A DNA stretch of 61,229 bases, filler included, from Bonamia ostreae (taxonomy: Eukaryota): assembly GCA_040357525.1 (NCBI GenBank). It is 16 parts of 16 records of this genome, joined end to end, with 100 filler letters (N's around TTAATTAATTAA, not from the genome) between each part and the next. Parts side by side here need not be neighbours in the genome. Positions count along the whole stretch, not along the records: positions 1 to 3,788 come from JBDODL010000428.1; positions 3,889 to 7,651 come from JBDODL010000429.1; positions 7,752 to 11,507 come from JBDODL010000430.1; positions 11,608 to 15,355 come from JBDODL010000431.1; 12 more parts are not named here. One strand, written 5' to 3'. The notes under the pieces were generated by a model that saw nothing but the letters and a program-made list of their open reading frames with translations, was not told the origin of the DNA and did no database searches. The position numbers were made by a program, and so were the translations under genes. Shown here one piece after another: positions 1 through 11,949 of this stretch (positions are counted from its first letter, which is position 1; every line of letters starts with the position of its first letter).

Positions 1-120
1 TTAATTTTATAAAAGACGTTGTCGATTATTTTTGATTAATTTTATAAAAGACGTTGTCGATTATTTTTGATTAATTTTATAAAAGACGTTCGATCAATTT
101 TTTCTGCCGTTTTTCGAAAG

Positions 121-1405
121 ATTGCCCGAATTTATGTTATCGCGTAAATTCGACAGCGCCACTTTAATTTCTCTCTCCGGAATCGTAAATTCGATCAGCG
201 ACAAATCGCTCAGTTGCATCGACGAGAACGTTTTATCGACAAATTTCAGTCGGCGAACAGCTTTAGAGAAGCGGCCAGGTCTATTTTCTCGTTCGCCGCC
301 GGCGAGGATCTCCTAAAAGCGCTTGCAAGTTCAATCGAAAAACTGTCAAAATCTGAAATTTCGGCCGCAAATTCTTTCGAACGATTTTACGGCGAACTGG
401 CCAAAGAAGCGGAAACCAATTTGCGCAAAACAAACTTATTTTCGGGCGAACTCAAATTCTTGGAAGAAGCGGTCTCCGAGACGAAAAGGCTTCTGGCGCT
501 TCAAAGCCAGAAAAACGTTCTTTCGGATAAAATATGGGCACAAATCGCAAAACTGTTGGCAAGCTTCGGCGAACTCTGGGCGAATTCCAAAGTTTCTTCG
601 CAAACCCGAAATTTGGAGAGAATTGGAAAAGATTTTTTGAAGATCGCAGCGCTTTCGTTATTTTGGGATTTCGTCGGCGACGAAAGGAATCGCAAGAGAA
701 AAGCTCCCGAAAAGACGAGCGGAAAAGGTTCTGCAAAATAACAACTTTAGACGACAATTTGGGCAAAGAAGACAATTACTTTTCGGAAGCCAAACTTCGG
801 AACGAGAAAAAACAGAGAATCAGCCAAATCTCCAAACTTTTCCAAAATATTTTGGATTCGGAGAACTGCAGATCGCTTTCGTCGACAGTTACTAAAATTC
901 GATAAAATCATTTTCTAATTTGTTTAAAAAGGTTCTCAAATGTTTTGGCGATCTGTGTTCAATCAGCGACGTTTTTTTGAACAGAGACGAAGAGCTGAAC
1001 ACAAAAATTTGCGATTTTTTTATCCGATTTGCCGACGAACGAGTTATCGACGGCGAAGAAGCCGATTTCGAAAAAGAGGACATTTTCGCAGCCTGTTTTA
1101 ATTTTACAAAATCAGGCAAACTCGTTTTGATCGACGCCTTAAAATTCAAACCGATTCTCTTCAAGCTTATTCAGATTTATAGAATTTCAGAAAAGGAGTT
1201 GAAGTTCATATTGAGGGCTTCTATATCGAAAGCGATCTCGGCGAACAGAAGAGCGATCGGCGAAATTGTACAGAAATACGTGGACGAGCGCAAACCGGTT
1301 TATCTGCAGTTCATGGAAGCGAAAGAAAGAGCAGTTTTGCAGAAACTTGTCAAAAACGGAGAGACCGATTCGAAAGTAATTGTTGAAGCTGTCTTTGAAG
1401 AGTAA
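121..1405 (+). CDS. 5'-partial multi-exon helical protein of unknown function
   Basis: ORFs 122-316, 214-741, 534-905 and 920-1405 join in frame through GT-AG introns, e.g. 230-249 and 728-750; no family recognised. Confidence 0.55.
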
Positions 1406-1501
1406 ATGATTTTGATGAATTTTCGAATTTTGAATTTAGACTTTAGAAAATATCAAATCAAAATAGCAAATATCAGTACACTATCGACCATATTTTTTTA
1501 A

Positions 1502-3734
1502 ATGTCTCTCGCTGATATCTGCAACGCAGTCGAAGGACTTGCAAACTGCAAACTAGAAGATCCTTCTTGTTTGTCCATAAGAACGATCGCCAGCAAATGC
1601 AAAATTAACGCGGATCCTCTGATCCCTCGCTGGGCGCTCGCTATTTGCGTCGGAATTCTGGTCGCTTTCTCGGGGATGTTAGCTGGACTGACGCTCGGCC
1701 TCTTCTCTCTAGACATCAGCGAGTTGAGAGTTTTAAAGGAATCCTCGAGACCGAACATACGCCGTTACGCGAAAAGGATTCTGTTCGTGCGCAAACACGG
1801 CAACTGGTTGCTGTGCACCTTGCTGATCGGCAATGTCGGCGTGAATGTGGCCTTGACAGTGTTGTCGGATGACCTCTTCAACAACAACCCGGCGTTGAGT
1901 TTTCTCCTGTCGAGCACTCTCATCGCTTTCTTCGGCGAAATTCTGCCGCAAGCGGTCTGCACGAGATGGGCTCTGTCGATCGGGTACTACTGCGTGCCCT
2001 TCGTTGTGGTGGTGATGTTTCTGTTGTGTCCGTTGGCCTGGCCGCTCGGAAAGGTTTCCATCCCTTTTAAACTGCAACGGTTGAATTGAACAATAATTTG
2101 ATCGTTCCGTTTCCGGAATAGATGGATTGAAACACATTGACAAACTTTCCACAAACAAAAAGTTTTTCGACAAAACTCTCGGGAAAGAAATCGGGATGAT
2201 CTTCACGAACGACGAACTGAAACATCTGATCAACATGCACGTCAAAACAGCCGGCGCCGAGCTGTGCGAAGAGCAAGGCCGCATCATCAACGGTGCCCTC
2301 GACTTCTTCAAACTCACCGTCGACGAAGTGTTGACGCCATGGCACCACGTCTTCTGCCTCCGCGACTCCACCCGGCTCACGTTCGGGGTGCTCTTGGACG
2401 TGTTCAAAACCGGTTTCAGCCGGATCCCGGTGATAAACCGCACCGGCCACGCCGTCGGGCTGCTCTTCGTCAAGGACCTGGTGCTCATCGACCCCGAGGA
2501 CGCGACCCCGGTTTCTTCCTTGCTGAGGCTCTACGGCCGGAACCTGGAGTTCGTGCGATCGAGCGACCCGCTCAAGTCGATAATGGCCACTTTCGTCTCG
2601 GGGCGCAGTCATCTGGCCGTCGTCGTCTCGGAAGAGTTTTACTCGATTTTGTGCATTAGAACATTTTACTTTTCTGAAATTGGCTGTTCGCCGCCAATTG
2701 CAAATTCGAAAAATTGGAAACAACCGAACTGAAACTTAAAGTGGCGAACCGGACGAAAAAGATAAAATTGTGTCTGCCCGGAAGGCGCGAACGGACTCTT
2801 CGAAAACTAGCTCTGAAAGCTCGTCTTGCAGCGACGACAGCGGCGTGTTTTCGAAGCTGAAAAGGCTCTTCCGACACGACAGATCTGGAAGCAAATACCT
2901 TTCGAAAGGGATAAAAGAGAGTTTGGAAGAAGTCTCGATAGAAGAGACTGCGGAAATGAGACGGCTGCGAGAGAGAAAGCCCGTTGGAATCGTTTGTCTC
3001 GAAGACATGGTCGAGAAAATTCTGGATCTTGAGATTGTGGACGAAACTGACGTTTATGTGGTTTCTAATGCTTTCTCCATTTCACTCGAAACAACATTTT
3101 GATTATAACCGAAGAACCCGAAAGAGAAAAACTTGGTGAACAGAGCGCCATTCGACGTATCGAAACTCAGCGTTTTCGATTACAGAAGAACGCTTCCGAA
3201 GCACTACCTCGTTCCTCCGGAGGTGACTGCCGCCGCACACCACCTCTTCGCGAGTCTCTCGAAAAAACTAGGAGACAGCAAAAACGAATACTTCGACTTG
3301 AAAACTACAAAACTTCTCCTCCGACTTAGCAAAGTAGAGGAGGTTTTAGTGGAACATCTGTCGCTGGATGAATGTGACAGAGAAAAAGGTTTTCGGTTCT
3401 TTATCTGCGACATCATCTCCAAATGCACAAAAAATTAGACGTGTCACAAGGCGGCAGTAGTCTGCTGAAACGAGGAGAAAATGCTAGCAAGTGTTTAATT
3501 ATTTTGGATGGCCGGGTTGAAGTGCAAGACGAGGACAACAACAAGAAGAATTTGAAGCGATGGGGGATAGTCGGCGAAGACGCTTTGCTCAACGAGTTGG
3601 AAGGCAGAGGAAGTTATGTTTCTGTTGTCGATGCCCATGTCGTTCTCAATTCGCGTGTGGTCAGACCGAACAGAGAGGACCTGAGGGAGATTTTAAATTT
3701 CAGAGCTGAGCAGTTTGAAAAACGAGTCAATTGA
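1502..3734 (+). CDS. CNNM: CNNM-family metal transporter (DUF21 transmembrane domain, CBS pair, cNMP-binding homology domain)
   Basis: Motifs FSGMLAGLTLGL, NWLLCTLLIGNV, FGEILPQA, GFSRIPV, GRSHLAVV and GIVCLEDMVEKILDLEIVDETD; introns at 2054-2162, 2636-2741 and two more downstream. Confidence 0.93.
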
Positions 3735-3788
3735 ATCAGATTTTCCAAATTTTACTTTTACGATAATAATTTATCTCTCAGATCTGCA

Positions 3789-3888
3789 NNNNNNNNNNNN
3801 NNNNNNNNNNNNNNNNNNNNNNNNNNNNNNNNTTAATTAATTAANNNNNNNNNNNNNNNNNNNNNNNNNNNNNNNNNNNNNNNNNNNN
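3789..3888. other. Artificial contig linker (N44-TTAATTAATTAA-N44); the same linker recurs about every 3.8 kb, starting near 7652, 11508, 15356, 19197, 23034, 26866, 30692, 34517, 38339, 42160, 45981, 49799, 53615 and 57424
   Basis: Identical 100-nt spacers carrying stops in all six frames; the contigs between them shrink steadily from about 3763 to 3706 bp. Plain 100-N scaffold gaps also occur at 18429-18528, 39534-39633 and 52872-52971. Confidence 0.98.
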
Positions 3889-4601
3889 TCAAGATAGACT
3901 GATTATCAAGGATTCGGAAAACAAGAAAATCCCAATTAGAGAAGTTGTGCAACCGGGACAATATTCTGTTCAAGGTCGTAAATATTTTGATTTGATATTA
4001 CTTGATCAAGAAAGATTGTCTATTACAACTGAAACTGTTCAATGCAACGAAAACGGAACGTGGTCGCCGAGCTTTGAGTCTTTGAATGGTTCTTTTTAAC
4101 AGCCCGTCTTAAAACAATTATCTTTAAAATTTAATTTGTTGCCACTCGTTCTTTTTCACTTTTCAAAAAATAGCTTGCTCTGAGTACGTTGAATCAAACC
4201 CAATAGCAAATTTAGGTCACTCGGAACTTTTTGATGTATGTATGTTGATTTATCCAGATAGAGTTAATTTACGAAAAGATTATTGTTGGTTCAGACATCC
4301 AGAAAACTCGCAAATTCTGGCACCGGTTTTTGACGGAAAAAATTATTTTGGTGAAGGACCCGTCATTGGGAAATGTCTAAAAGGATATACTCTAAAAGAT
4401 TCCCTCAACGATTTCTTTATTCTCAATTGCAAAGATCAAGTTGCAGAAGAAGTAAAATGCGCTAAAAAGAACGAAACTTCTGTTTTTGTAGAAGCTTATT
4501 TTTTGGATGCCAATTACGCTACACAGTTTGCTTTTACGTTCGCCTTATCAGGAATTTCAAGTAGCTTCTTGTACAAAATGATCAGGAAAATCGTTTCTTG
4601 A
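3889..4601 (+). CDS. Cys-rich type I membrane protein with sushi/CCP-like modules, paralog A (5'-partial)
   Basis: VQCNENGTWSP, phase-1 intron 4089-4173, PENSQILAP...GPVIGKCLKG, C-terminal hydrophobic segment; clearly similar to the two neighbouring genes. Confidence 0.7.
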
Positions 4602-4723
4602 TTAAATCGTCTTATATTTTTGACCTTTTCTACATTCAAATGTATCGATAATTTGCAATATTTGCTTAGACGCAGTAACAATATTTAAATGTACATTAAA
4701 TGTTCAAAAGAACATTGATTTAA

Positions 4724-5534
4724 TCAACTCTTAAACTGCAAACAAATCATCACACTGCTTATTGCCATGATCAGAGCAGAAAAGGGCAATAAAAACACAA
4801 TTTGGACGGAGACTCTATATTTTCCCAAAAATTCTTCCAAAAGATCTTTCGGTTGCGTATTTGCTTCTTCAAAAATGCAATTTTTCTTTGTAGCAACGTT
4901 CCGAACACATTCCATCATGTAAGATGTAGATTTCGAGCCTTCGACATGCGCGCCTTCCAAGCATTTGACAAGAACGGGGCCCGTGGAGATTACAAAATCG
5001 TTGTGTTTTATCGGTAACGGTGCAAGAAACTCTGTGTTTGCGGGGAGTTCGTAAAGACATACATCCAATATCGGATCGTTGTACCTATAAGCGTAATCAT
5101 ATTCCTTTGATTTGTAAAGACATGATTTCTCTGTAGTAGTAGTTACTTCGGAAAATGGCATGTAGTCGTTTTGTAAGTAATCGCAAACTTTTTTATTCAG
5201 AACAGAAAATATTTGCATGTGCAGCATTAAAAATTCGTGTAAATATTCAACCATAAAAACTTTCGATAAACTCAAGTCTGGCATCCCATTTACCAATTGG
5301 CCCACATCGTATTGTAACAGGATCAAATGTCAATTTGCCGTTCAAAACAAGCGCGAAAATCTTCTTTTTCTCCAACAAAACGATTGAATACATTAATGCA
5401 TCTTCCGGATTGTCCATGGAAACAATCATCGTCTGATAAAATTCGCTTGTTTTGACAACACAATTGTCCAAAAGAATATTCTCCGACAACATGTTATGAG
5501 CGAAAAACACAGCCATTAGTTTCAAAGACAGCAT
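4724..5534 (-). CDS. Cys-rich type I membrane protein with sushi/CCP-like modules, paralog B
   Basis: Signal-peptide-like N-terminus, IRCGPIGKW, phase-1 intron 5188-5260, PANTEFLAP...GPVLVKCLEGAHVE, C-terminal transmembrane segment. Confidence 0.75.
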
Positions 5535-5742
5535 TTGGCTTGTTCTCTAATTTTTTATAAGAAAGTACTTTTTTGCTATTTTTTGTATGTTTCCCATTAA
5601 AAAAATATATTTTAAAATATAAATTTGCTTTGAATCAATTCGACTCAATTTTTAAATGTGCATTTTCACAAAATTTTAATCGAAAATATTATTTGGCGAA
5701 CACTTCATTCCTATTGTACACACAAAAACATTTTAAGATTTA

Positions 5743-6589
5743 TTAGGAAGAATTCAATCTCACCAAAATTCGAAAAGAACCCACGCCCATGAAAAGCGCT
5801 GTGAAGGGCATGAAAACAATAACATACAACGGAGGGATGTACTCTTCAGAATCCACGACTTTTTCGCTTTCCAAAATTCCGAAAACACAATTTTTGTTCG
5901 AAACAACACCATTTTCACATTCCATTTTGTAAGCGATTTCATCTGCATTTTCGACGTGTGCACCTTTGACACATTTGACCAAAACAGGTCCGTTTCCGAA
6001 GACGAATTTCTGGTTTTTCGGGTACGGCGCAAGGTATTCAGTGTTCTCAGGCAAAATGAAGATGCAAGAATTTTCAATGGTATTATAAAAACTTGCTTGA
6101 TAAGTAAATTCTTTCGATTTAAATGTACATGTTTCTGTTGTTGATTCTGAAATGTCTGAGATTGCCATGTAATTGTTCTTTAGCAGTTCGCAGACTGAAA
6201 ACGAAACAAATTATTGTTTGGTGCAAAAGTTTGAAAATTTATTTAAATCGAGAATTTATAAAATTTGATTTGCCAAAAGTTTGTTACTCGAAAATTGTCA
6301 ACCAATACAAAGACTTTCAATAAAAACTTTCAACGACTTCGACTTTGTTTTCCCAAAAATTGGGCTGGCGACAAAGCGCTTGAACGGGACCAAAGTTTAA
6401 TTTCCCGTCAAAAATAAACACTTTTAAATTTCCGCTCTTCACAATATTTATCGAAAACTGGACCGAGTCGCCATTGTTTCCATCCACATTGACCTGCGTC
6501 GCCAAATAATAAATACTGTCTTTTATATTACAGCTGTCCATCAAAATGTTTTCAGCCATCGCGACTACGATGAAACTGAGAAAAATCAT
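5743..6589 (-). CDS. Cys-rich type I membrane protein with sushi/CCP-like modules, paralog C
   Basis: Signal peptide MIFLSFIVVAMA, phase-1 intron 6195-6327, PENTEYLAP...GPVLVKCVKGAHVE, C-terminal transmembrane segment. Confidence 0.75.
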
Positions 6590-6659
6590 TAATTTGACAA
6601 TTTACGAAGAAGTGCGCTTTTGATAAAATTTGCATGGAAAACAAAAATTCTGTACAAAT

Positions 6660-7651
6660 TTACTTTTCAAGCAAACCGACGAGACTCTGAACGATTTTGG
6701 GCGCTTCTGTGTTGTTTTGGCCATTTCCACTGAATTTTGATTTTACGTTATATTCCTTCTCGAAGAAGATGATCAGCGCAGTCACTTTTTTGTCAAATTG
6801 TCAAAACTGTCGTCGTGCAAATACCGTCTTTCTTTGCCACTGATTTTGAGCATTTTATCAATATTTTCTCCATTTTCCAAACGGCCATTGTTCCTCTCCG
6901 CCGCTCTGCTAAAAGCCGTTTCGACCAGAGCGGCCGAAGCGTTGCGAAGCGATTCCTCGCCGGATTCTCTCCGCTCCAAAAACGTCGAAACGCACTGGAC
7001 CGCTTGTTCAGCGCTCAATTCATCGAAAATCCCGTCTGACGCCAATATTGCGAATTCGCTTCTTTCGCTCAACTGTCTTTCGCTTATGTGCGGTTCTTTG
7101 TTTTAATTGTCAGAAATTATTGCGACATTTCTTTAAAATGTCAGAATTATCGGAAAAGCGTTGTTACCGGCCGTCGAGTAAGGAGGTTTCCAGTTGTCGG
7201 GGTCGTCGTTAAAAACGGATCTTTTGTATTCGCCGTCGCCGAATCCGCGCGTCGGTTCCATTCTGCCGTGAATGCGGTTTCTTTTCAAGAGACCTTTTTC
7301 TCGCGGATGGTTTGAAAGAAGTCTTTCCCGCTCAATCTCGCTCTCGCCGATTTGATCTACATGGGACATCTCGATTGCTTCCAAGACGCCCTCTTCGTTC
7401 TTTTCGGCCAAAACAAGGCGGCAATCGCCTGCATTTGCGACTCGCAATTTGTCGTCTTTTACATGCGCTACGACAGCGCACGCGCCTTTTAATCGGGTTA
7501 GGGAAACCGGCTTTGGCGGCGTCGGTATCGTTTCTGCTTATTGCGTTCGTTAAAAAGCAGTCGTCTGCGAAGAGAAAGCTTTCTTTCCCGACAAGAGGAG
7601 TATCAATTGAGTTTGATTTGTGGTAACAGAGCAAAGGAAACTTTTTGGTTA
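6660..7651 (-). CDS. PP2C/PPM-family protein phosphatase (5'-partial)
   Basis: VANAGDCRLVL, TRGFGD, ILASDGIFD; removing the 23-nt intron 6785-6807 restores HDDMTALII. Confidence 0.92.
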
Positions 7652-7751
7652 NNNNNNNNNNNNNNNNNNNNNNNNNNNNNNNNNNNNNNNNNNNNTTAAT
7701 TAATTAANNNNNNNNNNNNNNNNNNNNNNNNNNNNNNNNNNNNNNNNNNNN

Positions 7752-8878
7752 TTAAAAAATGTCTTTTATTAACAAATTTTCGCAATTTTTTAGCGATTTA
7801 AAAATATTTTTACAAAGTTTCAACAAATTTTTATTCCAAAAAAACTTTTTTATTTGAATCGCTATTAGACGAACTGTCCGACAAAAGAGCGGGCGGCTCC
7901 GGAACGACCTTTCTTTGGTCGGAAGCATCAGCTCTCGCCGCATAGAAATCGATCTGGCTCCGTTTGTCCGATTCCGACCGCTTCCCAAATCCCTTTTCCG
8001 GCGCTTCCGAAAATCTCCTTTTGCGCCGTTCCCCTTTTCGTTGAAATTTTTAAAACCATTTTTGCGATTTTCTCTGTTCACACCGATCACACTAAACATG
8101 TGCGGACGAACTTTAGTCCTCGAACTTTCTATTTTTCCGGAAATTAAAGACGGCGGCGGCGGAGCTGCGCTGTAGCTTCGACCAAAATTTTTGCGCGAAA
8201 AGTTTTTGGTGTTTTCTTGTTCGTCGAGATCGTCCATGTTTTGCTCATTTTCCGAGAAAATTTTCGGCGGCGAACTTTTTTCGGAAACGAATCGCCTCGA
8301 AAAATTTTCTGACAAACCGCCGATTTTGCGAACGAGATTCCAAACGTAAAATCGATATTCTTCCGAATTCTCGATTTGGAGCCATCTTCGCTATTTTATA
8401 AAAGTTACTGGAACGAATTTCCGTTTTTGGCGAGAACGACTTGTTCGAAATCAAATCCGTTTTTGAAGACGAATTGGGACAGATTTTTAATCATTTTTAT
8501 TTTTTCGTCGTTTAATGGTTCTTCGAACTCGAATTGGTCCAATTTTTGTAAAGTTTGGAATTTGTTTTGACCGATTTTTGCAATTAACTCTTTTTCAAAG
8601 TTTTCGCTGTTTTCGGTTCCGTTTTCGGTTTTGTTTTCGGTTTTGTTTTCGTCGTTTGGAGAGTTTTGTTTGGGCGTCGAATTTTGTTTTTCGAGGCGAT
8701 TTTTGCTTTGTTGTCGCATTAATTTGCGTTGTTCGAGAAGTCTTTTTTTGCGTTTCGAGAATTCGTCTTTTTTGCGCTGATCTTCTGCTCTTTGAGCGTC
8801 TGCTTCTATCTTCGCGGTTTCTTTTTGGGCTGCTTCCAGTTGTTTGTCTGTTAGTCCTTTAAAGTTGTGTTTTAGCAT
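7752..8878 (-). CDS. SURP/SWAP-domain protein, probably splicing-associated (3' end uncertain)
   Basis: IKNLSQFVFKNGFDFEQVVL, then intron 8386-8408, then FQWLQIENSEEYRFYVWNL, which fits the SURP consensus. Confidence 0.7.
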
Positions 8879-9236
8879 GGCTAAATTTTGCGGCGAGTTT
8901 TTTAGTTTTTTCGATAATTTTTGTTGAAAATTTGGTTTTGATTAAATAAGTTTTGTTTATTAGTTTTAAATTTAATTTTTAAATAATTTTGGTGCAAATG
9001 CTAATGAAATTTTTATTTTTTTTATTTTCAGTGCGATTTTTTTTGCGCTAAATTGAAATTTTCGAAGTTTTGTGTTATAAAAATGACGTCACATTATATT
9101 TTGGCTGATAATATTTAGAGCACCATTAGATTTTTATGTTTGTACTGTAACTTAATCGCAGAGACGGCTAATTATCATAACAGTTTACTCAAATCGAGTT
9201 GTGACGTTTTACCGTAATTCTTAACATAACTAAAAA

Positions 9237-9569
9237 ATGTACCGATTAGAATATATTTTGACCCCATTAATTCTGTTTATTGCCATATTCGTTGTTTTAG
9301 TCACATTGCATTGTTACTGCTATAGAAGGACGCAAACCGTTAACAATAACAACAATGATGACAACAACGATAACAATGTCAACAATCAATTTCAAGGCGA
9401 AGCGCAAAAATCAAAATCAAGAAACAGCCAAAATAATAGCAATGATATGAATTTACACAAAGACGATGGCAACAATCAAAGCAAAAATCACGAAGGTGAC
9501 ATCAATAGCAACACAGATTTCAGTGACCGAAATTGCGATATCAACGGCCAAAATGAAATCGAATTATAA
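9237..9569 (+). CDS. Small single-pass membrane protein with an Asn/Asp-rich tail
   Basis: ATG-to-stop ORF with a hydrophobic N-terminal helix, juxtamembrane CYCYRR and a low-complexity tail. Confidence 0.6.
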   Translation: MYRLEYILTPLILFIAIFVVLVTLHCYCYRRTQTVNNNNNDDNNDNNVNNQFQGEAQKSKSRNSQNNSNDMNLHKDDGNNQSKNHEGDINSNTDFSDRNCDINGQNEIEL

Positions 9570-9778
9570 TAAATCTTCAAAAAATGAAAAAATTTCTAAA
9601 TTACAAAATTATTACATAAAATAACATTTGGATTAATTTTATTTTCCGATTTTTTTATTTTTTTGGTCAATCATTAATTGAATAAGATAAATGTATTCAA
9701 TAAATCAATATACGATCGCAATCAAATAACCTCAAAACTGGTAAATATATAAAAAGGCACTTTAATTATTTACCACAA

Positions 9779-11480
9779 ATGGACACATCTTACGATATAA
9801 ATTTGGGACCCCTTTTAAAGTTCGGTAACAATTATTAAAATTGAAGCGATTGAAATAAAACCGTTTCTCAAAAAATCGTCTAAAGATGATATTTCGGCTC
9901 TGCTAAAGTCGAAATTCTCTTCAATTACCAGTTTTCACAAATTCAAAAAGGATCTTGTAAAAACTATAACTTGTTTAAATTTATTAAAAATAACAAAAAT
10001 CGTTTTAAAAGCAATTTATTTTATCAAAAACAACAAAATCGTTATAAAATATTTCTAAAAATCGTTTTAAAAGCAATTTATTTTATCAAAAACAACAAAA
10101 TCGTTATAAAATATCTCTAAAATCGTTTAAAGTGGGTGTTTATTGCAAATGGGGCGGATCAAGATTTGTTAGCTCAGAAGATTTGCTGTTAAACATTATT
10201 ACAAAAAAATTGTATCAATGGAACCAACAACCAGTCACATCACTTCTGCTCTGCAAATTGTTGAGTTGTGTTATCAGAGAATTGACTACAAGTTTTTACA
10301 AATCATTGTAACATAAACTATCGAAAAGGAGCATACAGTTTTTTTCTCATTCAAAAAAGTTGATGTAACTATAAATTTGAATAACTGTTACCGGAAATAC
10401 AAACTTAATTCGTTCGGCTTCTGTTTAAAAATAAAAGAGGAAATAAACTATTTTTACGGAACAGAAATTGAAATCATTAATATTGAAAGAGACAAATTGC
10501 TTAACTGTTTGTTAACAGTGCGGATGTTCAATATCTCGACAGACAGAGCAAATGAAATAAAGGATTCTATTGTAAAAAAAGAAGATGATTTGGCTACAAA
10601 GATAAAACACAAACTGTTTCCAAGTAGTCGAAAGTTGTTTTATTTTGTCGACGAAAAAGAAGGAAATCTCGTTTTGAAAACTTTTGTTAACGGAAAAGAA
10701 TCAGAAGAAGAAATTGAAAACAAAATCAAAAACGAATTGGAGAAAATAGACGAAAACATTTTTGCAGAAAAAATAAAGAAAGTTAAAAATGGAGAATATT
10801 CGATTAATGTCTCTTCAATAACAAATATGAGCATTGATGCTATGAAAAACAAAATATTGTCTTATGACCGTATTTTGAATCACATATCCTACTACAAAAA
10901 AATAGAAAATAAGAATAATGAAACAAAATGGACGGAAAAATTTTTTAAGATTAAAAAATCTTCATTTGAAATTAAAGATTACGACGATAATTATAATTAT
11001 TGTTTTCTATTTAAAAACTGAACATTTTAAAAAGCAAATATTTTTCAACAATAAAAATCGAAAGTCGCAATAAAAATTAAGAAAATAATTTTCAACAAGG
11101 AAACTGTTTTGCAAGATATCCAAAAAAGATTTAAACAAGAAATTCCAAATTTTGAAATCGATGTAATAAAATGCATTCTAAAAAACAAATTTGGGTGTAG
11201 AAGTGTTAAAGCTATTGTAAAAATTAAAAATGAGAAAAATCCTTTTAACACTTTTAATTTCGAGTCGATTTTAAGATATTTTGCGGATTCGTTGATACAA
11301 AACGCGAAAGAAGTTATTGTTACTGAGAACGAATTCAGTGGAGATCCCAAAGAATATGAGAAGAATATTGACACCATTCTGCAAAGTTATATTTGTCATT
11401 TTAAGATTTGAAGAGACCGTTGTCGAAGATGAAGAGTTTACAATTTGAAGACTGGGGAGAGATTTTGAATGAAGAGAGAA
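9779..11480 (+). CDS. Multi-exon protein of unknown function
   Basis: ATG at 9779, short GT-AG introns and long open frames 10377-11021 and 11109-11411; boundaries approximate. Confidence 0.45.
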
Positions 11481-11607
11481 TGGAGAAATGTTTTTTTTTA
11501 AATTTTTNNNNNNNNNNNNNNNNNNNNNNNNNNNNNNNNNNNNNNNNNNNNTTAATTAATTAANNNNNNNNNNNNNNNNNNNNNNNNNNNNNNNNNNNNN
11601 NNNNNNN

Positions 11608-11836
11608 GACTTTATTTTATTGCATTTTTGACAAATATCAAAACATTTCTTAAAATTTGTACATAAATTTCTTTGTGCACCAAATAAATGCTTTTTCTCT
11701 TTGTTATAAAATCAAGTTCTTCTGATTTTTCTAAAATCCGAAGAGCTTTTACGAGATTGCCCGAAATAATGGCGTTTTGAATGGGAGCAAAATCAAAAGG
11801 CATCGGCTTAAATCTTTTGTGGTTGCCGGTGCTCAT
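11608..11836 (-). CDS. N-terminal exon of a CTLH-like motif protein (3'-partial)
   Basis: IQNAIISGNLVKALRILEK...LVHKEIYVQIL resembles the CTLH motif. Confidence 0.4.
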
Positions 11837-11949
11837 TTTGAAAATCTGCTAAATTTTGGAAATTTGGCAATTTTTGCTCTTTTTTACAGCTCGTTTAGAA
11901 AAAATGGCTGTTTTTAAAGTACAATATTTTTGTTTAAAATTATATTCAA

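Noticed and set aside
1733-2723. Long antisense ORFs over CNNM
   Set aside because: They are shadow ORFs caused by GC-rich codon usage on the coding strand.
6785-6807. Tiny introns as copies of an introner element
   Set aside because: The introns share only their ends and AT-richness; no common internal sequence or target-site duplication was seen.
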